Below, piece by piece: positions 47,177 through 55,943 of a stretch of 64,000 nucleotides of DNA. The stretch is taken from assembly GCA_044225365.1 (NCBI GenBank), contig JBGAIQ010000014.1, positions 1 through 64,000 on the forward strand, in the 5' to 3' direction. Position 1 is the first letter of the stretch; each line of letters starts with the position of its first letter. Both the position numbers and the translations under genes were made by a program. Origin of the DNA: Planctomycetota bacterium. Lineage in GTDB: Bacteria > Planctomycetota > B15-G4 > JADJEK01. Under the pieces are notes generated by a model that saw only the letters and a list, made by a program, of their open reading frames with translations, did no database searches and was not told where the DNA came from.

Positions 47177-49192
47177 TCAGTGCGCTCCGTGCGGTTCCTT
47201 CCCGCTCGCCTCGGCGAGCGCGGCGAGGGCCATCGCCCGCACCGAGTGTCGGGCGGCTTCTTCGGGCTTGAAGTTCGCTTCGACGCGCGCGACAGCGGTT
47301 TCAAAGGCCTTCTTCGCGCCCGCCTCATCGCCCTTCGCCGCGCAGGCGCGTCCCAATGTGAACCAGCCGAAAGGATCTTCGGGATGGATCTCGACGACGA
47401 CGCGGGCGAGGGCGAGCGCCGCGTCGACGGGGCCGTCGTCGATCCATCGCATCGTCATGTAGGTCATTCGATCCGGATTGACGAGCCGATCACTGGGGTC
47501 CGCTTTCGCCATCGCGCGGTAGAGAGCCGCGCCCTCGTCGAGCTTCGACGCGCCATACGCCTCGCAGGGCGTCATCGCATCGTCTTGGAGCCGCTCGAGG
47601 TACTTCGCGTCCTTGCCCTCGCCGAGATACGCGTCCTCGAATCCCTTGTCGCCCGGTTCGTCGAAGCGGATGTGGATGCGGCGATCCATCGAGTAGTACG
47701 TGCGCGGGCCGACCCGGTACAAGCGGTCCTGGTACGTCACGGGATCTGGCGGGAACTGGACGAAGAGTCGATCGCCTTCGGCGCGGATCACCATGGTCTC
47801 GTCGGCCGAGATCTCGTAGCGGCCGGGTGCTGCTTTCAATTCCTCGGCCTCGGCGGCGGGATCGGGCTTCGCGAGCGCGATCGGATCGGTCGGGAAGAAG
47901 GTCGGCCAGGCGTAGACCTCCGCGACGGCATTCACGACTTCGGGGAGCAGGTCCTCGCCGCCGTCGGAGTTGGTGAGCACGACCACGCCGCAGCCCTTGT
48001 CGCGATGGCTGAAGAAAGCGTTGCGGAAGCCGACGTTCGCTCCGTTGTGCGCGAAGTAGATGTCGCCGCGGTGATCCTCGACGAACACACCGAGGCCGGT
48101 CGGTCCGCCGCCGACGGGCGTCGTCATGCGGCGGACGGTGTCCTGCGTCAGGACCTTGCCAGAGTCGTCGCGCAGCGATCGCTGCAGATCGATGACGATC
48201 TTCGCGAGGTCTTCGGCAGAGACCCAGAGTCCGGCAGCGCAGAGTTCGGGATGGACGTGGAAGCTCCCGGGCGTCGGTTTGCCATCGATGAGGTGCGCCG
48301 CGCTGTGATCCGGGAATCGACTCACGGGGAGCGGTTGTTCGTAGGTGCTGTGGGAGAGCCCGAGCGGATCGAATACGAGCGATTTCAACGTGGCGGGGAA
48401 TGGCGCGCCGGTCACGTCGAGGATCGCTTGCTGCAGGATCGTGGTGCCGCCGCCGGCGTAGCGGAACGGACCTCCCGGCTGCGTGTCGACGAAGATCGGC
48501 GGCGAGTTCGCGGGGAGGGTTCCATCGAGGATCTGGGGGACGGTCGGAATCGCTTCGTAGCGCGTGTACCCGAGGAAGCCGTGGACCGTCACACCGCCCG
48601 TGTGCGAGAGGATGTGCGCCATCGTCAGGGGCACGGCCTTCGTGAATTCGTTCTCGGGCAGCGTCCACGACTTCAAGTACTTCGCGATCGGAGCGTCGAG
48701 CGCGAGCTTGCCGGTCTGCATGAGCGCGAGCGCACCCATCGCTGCGACGGGCTTGCTGATCGATCCGGCTTGGAAGACCGTGTCCTTCGTGACGGGCTGC
48801 GCAGTGGCGGCGTTCGAGGTGTCGCGGACACCGAATCCCGCGACCCAGTCGATCTCGAAGTTCGAGATCACCGCGATCGCGACGCCAGGTACATGGTGAC
48901 GCGCCATCCGCTCGGCGAGCGTCCAGTGGGCGCCCGCGGGGGCCATCTGCGGCCGCAGACTCTCGAGGACCCGCTGTTGGCGTTGCGCCGCGCCGGTCGG
49001 ATCCGCGGCGGCTCGCGGGTCGAGGGAGACGACGATGGCCAAGACGGCGGCGGCGGCTGCGATCCGTATCCGCCGGGTCGACGAATGGGCGCGGGTGGCG
49101 GCGGCGGCTGCGATCCGTATCCGCCGGGTCGACGTATGGGCGCGGGTGGCGGCGGCGGCTGCGATCCGTATCCGCCGGGTGGAGTCGGCCAT
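47177..49192 (-). CDS. Serine hydrolase (beta-lactamase class C-like) with C-terminal TPR and a repeat-expanded signal region
   Basis: VPGVAIAVI, FQAGSISKP (SxxK), LSHTGG, FRYAGGG, HNGAN.GF. The true start is well inside the 1431-aa ORF-track frame. Confidence 0.9.
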   Translation of the reverse strand: MADSTRRIRIAAAAATRAHTSTRRIRIAAAAATRAHSSTRRIRIAAAAAVLAIVVSLDPRAAADPTGAAQRQQRVLESLRPQMAPAGAHWTLAERMARHHVPGVAIAVISNFEIDWVAGFGVRDTSNAATAQPVTKDTVFQAGSISKPVAAMGALALMQTGKLALDAPIAKYLKSWTLPENEFTKAVPLTMAHILSHTGGVTVHGFLGYTRYEAIPTVPQILDGTLPANSPPIFVDTQPGGPFRYAGGGTTILQQAILDVTGAPFPATLKSLVFDPLGLSHSTYEQPLPVSRFPDHSAAHLIDGKPTPGSFHVHPELCAAGLWVSAEDLAKIVIDLQRSLRDDSGKVLTQDTVRRMTTPVGGGPTGLGVFVEDHRGDIYFAHNGANVGFRNAFFSHRDKGCGVVVLTNSDGGEDLLPEVVNAVAEVYAWPTFFPTDPIALAKPDPAAEAEELKAAPGRYEISADETMVIRAEGDRLFVQFPPDPVTYQDRLYRVGPRTYYSMDRRIHIRFDEPGDKGFEDAYLGEGKDAKYLERLQDDAMTPCEAYGASKLDEGAALYRAMAKADPSDRLVNPDRMTYMTMRWIDDGPVDAALALARVVVEIHPEDPFGWFTLGRACAAKGDEAGAKKAFETAVARVEANFKPEEAARHSVRAMALAALAEASGKEPHGAH
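49046..49176 (-). repeat. Three copies of a 29-nt imperfect palindrome with 51-nt period, inside the CDS
   Basis: ggcggcggcggctgcgatccgtatccgcc at 49046, 49097 and 49148, separated by near-identical 22-nt linkers. Encodes STRRIRIAAAAA three times. Confidence 0.95.
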
Positions 49193-49459
49193 GGAAATCG
49201 TCCTCGCGGATTCGGGCGATGGGGATGATGGGACCGGATCGTAACGGGTCACCCGCTGAATCCTCGTCGGAGCAGGACGACTTCGATCGCTTGTTACACA
49301 ACTTTGGAGCCGGGAGGCGGGACTCGAGAGTAGGATCGTGGGCCGGACTTGCGAGGATTCGGCGCGCTTCCGAAGAAGGCCCGGAGTTCGGGATCGGAAG
49401 GATCGGGACGAAACCGAGAAGCGGCCGGTCGGGTTGGAGACGCGAGAAGAGGAGCTGCT

Positions 49460-51784
49460 GTGAATCGGGAAAGCCGTCGATCGATCGGAATCATGTTCAC
49501 GAGTGTCGCTTTGATCGCAGGAACGGCCTTCGCCGGCGACGACCACACGTTGCCCCCGAGCCGCACGCAGGTCTTCCCGCGGCCCGCGCCGGTTGTCGTC
49601 TTCCCGCCCGTCGATCACAAAGTCCTTTTGAAGGACGACGAATCCCGCGACCCGTGGTTGCCCTATCGCTTCGGGATCGAACTTCCCGCCGACCTCAACC
49701 CGCTGAATTCCGGCGAGTGGACCAACCTCGGAACCGAGCGCGCGTGGCGCCTGCGAATCGAGACGGACGGAGCGTTCTCGATCAATCTCATGTTCTCCGC
49801 GTTCAAGCTGGCGCCGGGTGGACGCCTCTACATCACGAACGATGCCGGTCGCGTGCTCGGCCCGTTCACCGACCGGGACAACCGACCCGACGGCATCTTC
49901 GCAACGCGACCGCTCGCCGGTTCGGCGACGACGCTCGAGTACATCGAGCCGAATGGCAAGGTGCACGGCGTCTTCAACGTGAGCCACGTCGTCCACGCCT
50001 ATCGCGATTTCTTCGGCTACTTCGCCGGAACCGCGAACGCCTCCGCCCCCTGTCACATCGACATCAATTGCCCCGTCGGTCAGCCCTACCAGAACGAGAA
50101 GCGCGCGGTGATGGTGCTCATCGCGGGCGGAGGCGGCTGTACGGCGGAATTGCTCAACAACACGCAACTCGACGGCAAGCAGTACTTCCTCACCGCGAAT
50201 CACTGCTTCGTCGGCCTCGGCGGTCCCGCCGGCTGGGTGTTCACATTCAACTACGAAGCACCGACCTGCAACGGCAATCCGGGAACGATGAGCGATAGCG
50301 TCACCGGTGCGACCGTCCTCGCGAACAGCACGATCTCCGACTTCTGCGTCGGCAAGATCGATGCGCCCATCGCACCTTGGTACAACCCCTACTTCCTGGG
50401 CTGGGACGTCACGGGCAATCCCGTCCAGTCCAGCGTGGCGATCCATCACCCGAAGCTCGACATCAAGAAGATCACGCTCGACAACGATCCCGCCGCGAAG
50501 GTGACGGCCTTCCAGGGCTCGCTCGCCTGGCAGATGCTCACCCTCGAAGGAGGAGCGTTCGAAGGCGGGTCGTCGGGCTCCGCGATGCTCGATCAGAACC
50601 ACCATGTGGTCGGGCAATGCATCGGCGGCAGCGTCGCCAATTGCGTTCCGCAGGAAACCGAGTGGTTCGGCCGCTTCGACGTCTCGTGGGGCATCGGCGT
50701 GACGCCCTACCTCGATCCCAATGGAATCACGACCGGCACGCTCGACGGCATCGACGGCGCGGGCCTCCTCAGCGTCGATCTCGGTGCGCTCGGTGCGTCG
50801 GGACAGCCCACCGCGGAAGTCGGATCGCTCATCTCCATCACTACGGACGTCGCCTCGCTCGGCACCTATCCGCCGCCGACGTTCGCGTATCAGATCCGAT
50901 TGTCGACCGACAACGTCATCGACGCCAACGACCTCGTGATCGACTCCGGTGCGGAGAGCCAGTACGGCCCGGTCGTCCACGACATCCAACTGCCCTTCAC
51001 GCTGGCGCCCGGCGACTACTTCCTCGGCCTCACGGTCGACCCTGCGCAGACCGAAGGCAACGTGCTCAACAACCTCGTGCTCGGTGACCCGATCAAGCTC
51101 GTCGAGAGCACGTTGCCGAATCTGACCGCCGTCGCCGTCGGGGGTCCCGCATCGGCGGACAAGGGCGAGACGATCCCCGTCACGTTCAAGGTCGCGGGAA
51201 ATGCCTACGCGCCGACGAGCTACTCGGTGGAAGTGCATCTCTCGTCCGACGAGATCATCTCGGCGAACGATCCGATGCTCGGCACGCTCACGATCAACGG
51301 ACTCGGCGACGCGCAGGGCAACGTGAAGATCCCGCCGCTGATGCCCGCGGGCGATTGGTTCCTCGGGCTCCTCGTGAAGCCCGCCGTCGAAGAAGGATAT
51401 CTCGACGACAACACCCTCCTCGGCGCCGTGCTCACCGTCACGACGCCCGCGGTCCCGCCGCCGGACGTCCACGTCGACTCGGTGAAGGGCCCGAAGAAGA
51501 GCAAGGTCGGCAAGAAGGCGAAGCTCACGATCGACATCGAGAAGGACACGTTTGCCGGCAAGCTGCCGTATACCGTGCGCCTCAGCCTCGACCCCGAGAT
51601 CACGCAGGACGACATCGTCGTGGGTACATTCAAGGCGAAGAAGTCGGGTCAGCAGAAGATCCAGCCGAAGGTCCCCTCGATCGCGCCCGGCGTCTACTAC
51701 TGGGGCGTGACGATCGACGGCATCTCGAACGAGCTCGAACTCACCAACAACTCGCTCGCCGGCGGCACCGTCACGATTCCGTAG
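49460..51784 (+). CDS. Secreted trypsin-like (lysyl-endopeptidase-like, S1) protease with three C-terminal Ig/CARDB-like domains, paralog 1
   Basis: GAGGAG RBS before GTG 49460, propeptide, YFLTANHC, SDF, IHHP..DIKKI, FEGGSSGSAM. Confidence 0.9.
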   Translation: MNRESRRSIGIMFTSVALIAGTAFAGDDHTLPPSRTQVFPRPAPVVVFPPVDHKVLLKDDESRDPWLPYRFGIELPADLNPLNSGEWTNLGTERAWRLRIETDGAFSINLMFSAFKLAPGGRLYITNDAGRVLGPFTDRDNRPDGIFATRPLAGSATTLEYIEPNGKVHGVFNVSHVVHAYRDFFGYFAGTANASAPCHIDINCPVGQPYQNEKRAVMVLIAGGGGCTAELLNNTQLDGKQYFLTANHCFVGLGGPAGWVFTFNYEAPTCNGNPGTMSDSVTGATVLANSTISDFCVGKIDAPIAPWYNPYFLGWDVTGNPVQSSVAIHHPKLDIKKITLDNDPAAKVTAFQGSLAWQMLTLEGGAFEGGSSGSAMLDQNHHVVGQCIGGSVANCVPQETEWFGRFDVSWGIGVTPYLDPNGITTGTLDGIDGAGLLSVDLGALGASGQPTAEVGSLISITTDVASLGTYPPPTFAYQIRLSTDNVIDANDLVIDSGAESQYGPVVHDIQLPFTLAPGDYFLGLTVDPAQTEGNVLNNLVLGDPIKLVESTLPNLTAVAVGGPASADKGETIPVTFKVAGNAYAPTSYSVEVHLSSDEIISANDPMLGTLTINGLGDAQGNVKIPPLMPAGDWFLGLLVKPAVEEGYLDDNTLLGAVLTVTTPAVPPPDVHVDSVKGPKKSKVGKKAKLTIDIEKDTFAGKLPYTVRLSLDPEITQDDIVVGTFKAKKSGQQKIQPKVPSIAPGVYYWGVTIDGISNELELTNNSLAGGTVTIP

Positions 51785-51914
51785 TCCGACGGAGCCTCGT
51801 TACAAGCCACTCCGAATCGGGTAGTCTGCGCGACCGCTGCCACGGGAAGTCGCGCCGCTCGATTCCGAATCGGGCCGGCAGGGATGCCCAAGCTAGACGT
51901 TCGAGGAGTGGATC

Positions 51915-54263
51915 GTGATCGATTGGTGTCGCGCGGCTCGTGTGTCGATTCGAATCCCGTGCATGCTCGCGTTTGCCCTGCTCGGCTCTTCGGTCCTCGC
52001 CGGCGAAACGAAGACCCAGCCGCCGGGATTGCTCCACGTGCTCCCAGGCGACGTCCCGACCGTCATCCTTCCGCCCGCCGATCACGCTGCCCTGATCGCG
52101 AGCGACGAAGGTCGCGACCCGTGGCTGCCCTATCGCTTCGGCGTCGAGGTACCGCTGGACATCGCGCCCGTCGGCGCGATGGATCTCGGTCAATGGATCG
52201 ATCGCGGAGACGAGAGACTGTGGCGGCTGCGCATCGAATCGCCCGGCGCCTTCTCGCTCCATCTCATGATGGACTCGTTCCGCCTCGTTCCTGGATCGCG
52301 CCTCTACGTCTACAACGATCAGCATCGCGTGCTCGGTCCGTTCAGCGACCGCCAGAATCGCAAGGATGGTTTGTTCGCGACGCAACCGCTCCCGGGTGAC
52401 GCGCTCACGATCGAATACGTCGAGCCGTCCTTCGGGCCGCGCGGGGTATTCAACGTCCACGAAGTCGTCCATGCCTATCGCGATGTCTTCGGCTTCAAAG
52501 CAGGCACCGCGAATGCGTCGGGCTCCTGCAACATCAACGTCAACTGCCCGCTCGGCGCGAATTTCCAGAACGAGAAGCGGGCCGTCGCGATGCTGGTGCT
52601 CGGCGGCGGCCTGTGCACCGCGCAACTCCTGAACGACGCCGCGAGCGACGGCGCCCAGTACTTTCTCACCGCGAACCACTGCGCCGTCAGCGGCGGAGCC
52701 GGCGGCTGGAGTTTCGTCTTCAACTACGAAGCAGCGACCTGCACCGGCACTTCGGGTCCGCAGAGCGACAGCGTGACCGGCGCGACCGTCCTGAACCAGA
52801 GCAATCAGTCGGACTACGCGATCGGCACGATCGACGCCCCGATCCCGCCGTGGTTCAACGTGTACTTCCTCGGTTGGGACAACACCGGGGCGCCGTTCAC
52901 GAACAGCAACTGCATCCACCATCCGCTCGGCGACATCAAGAAGATCAGCGGCGACAACGATCCCGCCGCCAAGTCGACCGCGTGGCAGGGCACGCTCGCC
53001 TGGCAGATCCTGAAGTGGGATGCTGGCACGACGGAGCCTGGGTCGTCCGGCTCGGCGCTGCTCGACCCCAACCATCGCGTCGTCGGCCAACTGCTCGGCG
53101 GACAGGCCGCGTGCGGCAATTCGGTCAACGACTACTTCGGTCGCTTCGACGTGTCATGGCAGTTCGGCGCGTCGTTCGTGCTCGACCCCGCGCAGATCAC
53201 GAATGGCACGCAGAACGGACTCGATGGTTCACTCGTGCTGAGCGTCGACCTGCAGGCGCAGTCGATCTCTGCACCCGCGACCGCGGAGGTCGGTAGCGTC
53301 GTGTCGTTCGCAACCGACATCGAATCGAGCGGAACGTATCCGCCGCTGACGTTCGGCTACCAGATCCGGCTCTCGACGGACAACGTGATCGATTCCTCGG
53401 ACCCCGTGATCGCGACCGAGACGGGAACGCAATTCGGTCCCGTGAACGTCGACGCGACGCTCGGCTTCGATCTCGTCCCGGGCAATTACTTCATCGGCCT
53501 CACCGTCGATCCGGCGCAGACCGAGGCCAATGTCGCCGACAACGTGATACTCGGAACGCCGCTCACGCTCGTTCCCAGCACTTTGCCCGATCTCACGGCG
53601 GTCAGCATCGCGGGGCCGGCATCGGCGGACAAGGGCGCTTCGATCGGCGTCGACTTCGTCGTGAACGGCAACGCCTTCGCGCCGCAGACCTACACGGTGG
53701 ACGTCCATCTGTCGGCCGATTCCGACATCACCGACCTCGATCCGCTCCTCGGCTCGGTGGCGGTGCCCGCACTCGGAGCCAACACGGCTCTCGTCAAGAT
53801 TCCCGCGTTGATGCCGGTCGGGAACTACTACCTCGGTCTCGTCGTGAAGCCGGCGGTCGACGAAGGCAACCTCGCCGACAATGTCGTCGTGGGCCCGCTG
53901 CTCGAAGTCACGACGCCCCCTGTTCCGCCGCCGGACGTGAAGGTCGTCTCGATCACCGGCCCGGCGAAGGGAAAGGTCGGCAAGAAGGCGAAGATCGCGG
54001 TGCAGCTCGACAAGGGCAACTACACGGGCAAGGTCAGCTATACGGTTCGTCTCAGCACCGACGAGATCATTACCTCCGACGACATCGCCGTCGGGACCTT
54101 CAAGACGAAGAAGTCGGGAACGGTGAAGATCCAGCCCAAGGTCCCCGCCATCCCCGCGGGTATCTACTTCTGGGGCGTCACGCTCGACGGTGTGCCCGAT
54201 GAAGTCGACTTCACGAACAACTCCGTCGGCGGCGGCGGCGTGACGATCAAAGCGAAGAACTGA
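51915..54263 (+). CDS. Secreted trypsin-like (lysyl-endopeptidase-like, S1) protease with C-terminal Ig/CARDB-like domains, paralog 2
   Basis: YFLTANHC, SDY, IHHPLGDIKKI, TEPGSSGSAL. Colinear with paralog 1 over its whole length. Confidence 0.92.
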   Translation: MIDWCRAARVSIRIPCMLAFALLGSSVLAGETKTQPPGLLHVLPGDVPTVILPPADHAALIASDEGRDPWLPYRFGVEVPLDIAPVGAMDLGQWIDRGDERLWRLRIESPGAFSLHLMMDSFRLVPGSRLYVYNDQHRVLGPFSDRQNRKDGLFATQPLPGDALTIEYVEPSFGPRGVFNVHEVVHAYRDVFGFKAGTANASGSCNINVNCPLGANFQNEKRAVAMLVLGGGLCTAQLLNDAASDGAQYFLTANHCAVSGGAGGWSFVFNYEAATCTGTSGPQSDSVTGATVLNQSNQSDYAIGTIDAPIPPWFNVYFLGWDNTGAPFTNSNCIHHPLGDIKKISGDNDPAAKSTAWQGTLAWQILKWDAGTTEPGSSGSALLDPNHRVVGQLLGGQAACGNSVNDYFGRFDVSWQFGASFVLDPAQITNGTQNGLDGSLVLSVDLQAQSISAPATAEVGSVVSFATDIESSGTYPPLTFGYQIRLSTDNVIDSSDPVIATETGTQFGPVNVDATLGFDLVPGNYFIGLTVDPAQTEANVADNVILGTPLTLVPSTLPDLTAVSIAGPASADKGASIGVDFVVNGNAFAPQTYTVDVHLSADSDITDLDPLLGSVAVPALGANTALVKIPALMPVGNYYLGLVVKPAVDEGNLADNVVVGPLLEVTTPPVPPPDVKVVSITGPAKGKVGKKAKIAVQLDKGNYTGKVSYTVRLSTDEIITSDDIAVGTFKTKKSGTVKIQPKVPAIPAGIYFWGVTLDGVPDEVDFTNNSVGGGGVTIKAKN

Positions 54264-54281
54264 ACGTCTCGTTCGATACGA

Positions 54282-55895
54282 TCAAGGTCCGAGGAATTTG
54301 TTCATCGCGGCGATGTGACGCTCATTGAGCGCGTCGAACCCGAGTCCTTGATGGGCATCCTTGACCTTTTGGATCTTCTCGTGCGGCCATTCGCACCCGG
54401 TCGAAATGGCGGCGGAACCGAGCATCTTCCCTTCGAAGTATTGCGCCGCGCGATACGACTCGCAGAAGAGCGCTTCGATCCATACGAGGCTGCGATAGAA
54501 CGAAACCCAATTCGTCGCGTTCAGCTTCGAGACCGTCTTCAGGATCTTCATGACCGCCTCGGACCATAGGAAGTGGTATCCGCTGTCGGGGCAACGAACG
54601 CCCAACCGCAACGATATGTCTCCCTTCGGTTCGAGCGCGCCGATCGAATAACGCACGAATGCGTGTTCGAGCAGATCCCAACCCGAGCGGCCAAGGTGCT
54701 TGACGACGAGCTCTTCGAACCCCTGGGCAACGCTCGCCAGAGTGCACACGCTCGCCTTTTCTTCGTTGGCCTTCGCCAAAGAAGTCGATGCGAGCCCGGA
54801 TGTGGCACGCTTCGAACGGCTCAATTTCGCTCGCGCGACATGCAGCAGCTCGGCCCGCAGACTTGCTAGGTACCCCACCGTCGAACTGGGCGCCGAAGGC
54901 GGAAGAACGGAGTCCTCGATCGCTTTGAAGAAGGCTCGATACGCAACATCGTTGCACGGCGAGTCGAACCGAAGCGCAACGAGATCGTGGGTCGAAGGTC
55001 CGCCGTCCGCGGCACTCCCGGCTCCCGCCGGCGATCCCGAAAGACCGTAGTGACTGAGGATGTTCTTCGTGTCGGTGAATCCGGGGGGCAACGCGATGGG
55101 CTCCGGAACGAAACCCGAGCCGCTCTCCGCGAAGCGAAAGGCCGTGAAACGGTTGGCGTCCTTTGCGAGCGACGACTCGACGATGAGCAGCACCGGAGCC
55201 GTGCCCTCGCCCGATCCACCCACGACGAGAGGTCCTCCCACGCCTTCGCGATGGCGCAGTTCGCGCAAGTGTCCGAGGTCGCTGGCGTTCTCCTTCGACG
55301 AATCCTGTGGCATGACTCGTAGATCACGGGTCAAGAGCTGCCGAAATCCGGACCGACGAAGCACGATCGTCGCGGTCTGACCGGGCAGGAGCGCGGGCAG
55401 ATCGACCGCAAAGGAGAACTCGATGGGCTCCTTGGGGATCGCCGTCACGTAGTAAACGAAGAACGCATACGTACTCTCGTTGGCGGAGTAGATCTTCGCC
55501 AGGGAGTCCGTACTCCCGTCGAACACCGCGAGGACGGGCGACGCGAAGGGATCGTTGTCGTCGGGGATGAACTTCCAGGTTCCATCCGGCCGCACCACAT
55601 GCGTCGTGACCACGAGGCCATTCACCGTGCCCTTCAGTTGCTTTCGGATCAGATCGGCCAACTCGGCCGTCGTCATCCACGGCTCCGACCCTTGCAGGTC
55701 GGCGCCTTCGGATTGGGCGAGTTCCGCGTTTTGCTCGATCGGGAACTTCACGCCGAACGGAATGGCGCCGTTCATATGCGTCCACCCGATAGGATCGAAC
55801 GTCGGGAATTCGACCGGCGAATTCGCTTTCTTCTCCGCGGACGACAAACCGCAGAAGATCTTGAGCACGTAAGCAGGCGAAGGCATGTCGGGCAC
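54282..55895 (-). CDS. Hypothetical protein, about 535 aa
   Basis: Long ORF with balanced, non-shadow composition, 48 nt downstream of the kinase on the same strand. No recognised domain. Confidence 0.7.
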   Translation of the reverse strand: MPDMPSPAYVLKIFCGLSSAEKKANSPVEFPTFDPIGWTHMNGAIPFGVKFPIEQNAELAQSEGADLQGSEPWMTTAELADLIRKQLKGTVNGLVVTTHVVRPDGTWKFIPDDNDPFASPVLAVFDGSTDSLAKIYSANESTYAFFVYYVTAIPKEPIEFSFAVDLPALLPGQTATIVLRRSGFRQLLTRDLRVMPQDSSKENASDLGHLRELRHREGVGGPLVVGGSGEGTAPVLLIVESSLAKDANRFTAFRFAESGSGFVPEPIALPPGFTDTKNILSHYGLSGSPAGAGSAADGGPSTHDLVALRFDSPCNDVAYRAFFKAIEDSVLPPSAPSSTVGYLASLRAELLHVARAKLSRSKRATSGLASTSLAKANEEKASVCTLASVAQGFEELVVKHLGRSGWDLLEHAFVRYSIGALEPKGDISLRLGVRCPDSGYHFLWSEAVMKILKTVSKLNATNWVSFYRSLVWIEALFCESYRAAQYFEGKMLGSAAISTGCEWPHEKIQKVKDAHQGLGFDALNERHIAAMNKFLGP

Positions 55896-55943
55896 TCCGG
55901 TGTGGGAAACGAATGCGCGGCTCTCGTGGACGAATTCTCACGG

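Noticed and set aside
49046-49176. Possible mini-CRISPR (29-nt repeats with 22-nt spacers), also considered for 62977-63092
   Set aside because: The two spacers differ by one base, the second locus has no spacers, and there are no cas genes or AT-rich leader.
47177-49192. Bona fide beta-lactam resistance gene linked to BlaI/BlaR1
   Set aside because: Generic serine hydrolase with YAG in place of YxN, 10 kb from the BlaI pair, whose sensor lacks a penicillin-binding domain. There is no evidence for resistance.
49193-51472. N-terminal 760 aa of the 1431-aa minus-strand ORF
   Set aside because: Antisense shadow of protease paralog 1. The real serine hydrolase begins near 49192.
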